Assembly (NCBI RefSeq): GCF_964204645.1
Contig: NC_134027.1
Location: 9,084,485 to 9,148,484, forward strand
From: Tubulanus polymorphus
Taxonomy: Eukaryota; Animalia; Nemertea
Reading direction: 5' to 3'
Length of the DNA stretch: 64,000 nt
The notes under the pieces were generated by a model. It was given only the letters and a program-made list of their open reading frames with translations, was not told the origin of the DNA and made no database searches. The first letter of the stretch is position 1. Each line of letters begins with the position of its first letter. The position numbers were made by a program, and so were the translations under genes. Positions 62,299 through 64,000 of the stretch are shown here, one piece after another.

Positions 62299-62445
62299 CA
62301 GGGCCGTACCTAGCACTAGGGTTGGAAAGGGGGGGGGGCGATAAACTCCAAAAGGGCAGTTCTATAGGATATAACAATAATATTTGCACCTTTCAAAAAT
62401 ATTTCTAGGTGGGGGAACTCCCCTGCCCTGCTGAATACGGCCTTG
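62299..62445. mobile_element. Small MITE
   Basis: CAGGGCCGTA and TACGGCCTTG termini with AGTAT-like flanks. Confidence 0.45.
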
Positions 62446-64000
62446 GAGTATCGTGGTCGGTTCTTACCACGAACTTACGTTGTTGGAACTTTCTGAAAAT
62501 CATTTTCTATGATAACTAACTAAAGACATAAATTGCTGATCCGTTTGGAAGTGACGTAATGGCTCTTTTTATTTTGCGGATATTTAGCTACGGCCGGCTA
62601 ATGTATCACCTAAATTATTGTTTTTACATCCTAGCCTTCTTCCAAATACACCGAAAGATCCTCTTTGCGCTACATTTCAACTGATTATGAAGAAATGAGA
62701 TTGAAAACACGAGGGTTATTAACGCGTGAACTTCATTTTGTACTGCGGCGACAAACGCAGGCAGAAGCCGCTATCAGAGCGGTCGTTGGCGATGTCCCTC
62801 GAGGACAGTTAATTTGTCGGCAGCGTCTCCATAACAATCCAATTTCAGGTTCTTCACATATTTGAAACATTAGCGAAGCTTCGAGAGTTGTCAAATGGAC
62901 GAGCGACGCCGTGAAATGTTAATAAACAGACGACTGCTAGTTGTTAAGTCCACCCTCTCGTGCATAAATATACGTATCGCATTCGGTGCAACAAAATACA
63001 TCGAATATTTTCGAAATAGATTCTCAATTTACACAGTGTGAAAGGTTTCGAGCATGGATAAAATTCGGGTAAGCTAAGAAATGAAAGGAGTTAGTCGCAT
63101 GGCGAAGAACTTGCTCGTTACTTTTCTAAGCTTCGTTTTCGTCCATAAAGGCGCCCGCGGTCAATGAAGGCCAAATGCCCCTTCCTTCTCCCGATATAGA
63201 AATGGAAAGGATACATGAGAGAATAAGAAAAAACCAAATATAAGTGAATTGATGAATTAGGTTCAATCGATTGGAATGTTAATACTTCTAATGCATGTGG
63301 CGTTGAAGTAGTTTGTAAAAAAAGAGAAAAGACAAACGTACCACCGGCACGTGACAGCGAATAGAAATATTCAAATATTGCTCCTGGACCTACGTCATAT
63401 TATGCTGTGACATTTCCAGAAATACAGACGTACGAAGAAGCCCCGCAACGAGTGTTTCTGACGATTTTTTGGTGTGTGTAGAAAATATAAATTCAATTAA
63501 AGGTGAATGCCATTTTGGAAAAACACCGTTTGATCTATTATCGGATTTATGATGGCGACAACAGCAAACAGTTAAAAGGAAATGTCATTTCGTTTGACTT
63601 ATCATGTAATCGGAGGAACTGCTGAAGCGGGTTCGGCAGTGTTTACATCCGCGTACAAACCGTGCGGATCTCAGAACACCAATATCTGTATCATATATTA
63701 GTTAGTTTGCTTATAAGATTTTCCTTAATTCATATACGGAGATGATAAGAAATGGTATAGGGCTGTGAATGAACCAATTTTTAATATCCTAATTCACGTC
63801 CCATAATTTTGAATTAAACATTTCCTTCGTTATTCCCGAAGCTGTGTACCGTTGCTTACGTATGTACAAATCGTCTCAGGTGACGTATTTTCTGATATTT
63901 CTAGATATAAAGTCTTCAGAGTATTTACCAAATCGCCCACTGACGCCGACGTCATCCGAAAACTACTGGAAAACGAGCTGCAAGAGGTATTCAGTTCATT

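Overview
AT-rich, intron-containing DNA from an invertebrate animal; the species cannot be fixed from sequence alone. The first 53 kb holds four compact head-to-head gene pairs: MGLL-like (first exon only)/CLN3, twisted gastrulation/POT1, CYB561D2/PEDS1(TMEM189) and ECI2/CDYL. There is also a minus-strand pseudogene (TIR/SEFIR-like, by inference) whose frame is restored by removing a Harbinger-type MITE, a second degenerate coding tract split by (TA)153, and a probable signal-peptide exon at 55.45 kb followed by largely non-coding DNA. Main points of interest: (i) CDYL lies 262 bp head-to-head from ECI2, the gene its crotonase domain most resembles, and shares four intron positions and phases and a 144-bp exon with it; (ii) a 5.2-kb foldback element with mirror-image 59-bp arrays sits inside the ~150-bp CYB561D2/PEDS1 promoter and carries a solo LTR with a triplicated terminus; (iii) a nested cluster of MITEs with readable target-site duplications lies in POT1 intron 1. 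All exon structures were derived by eye from GT-AG signals and remembered protein similarity; no searches were run.
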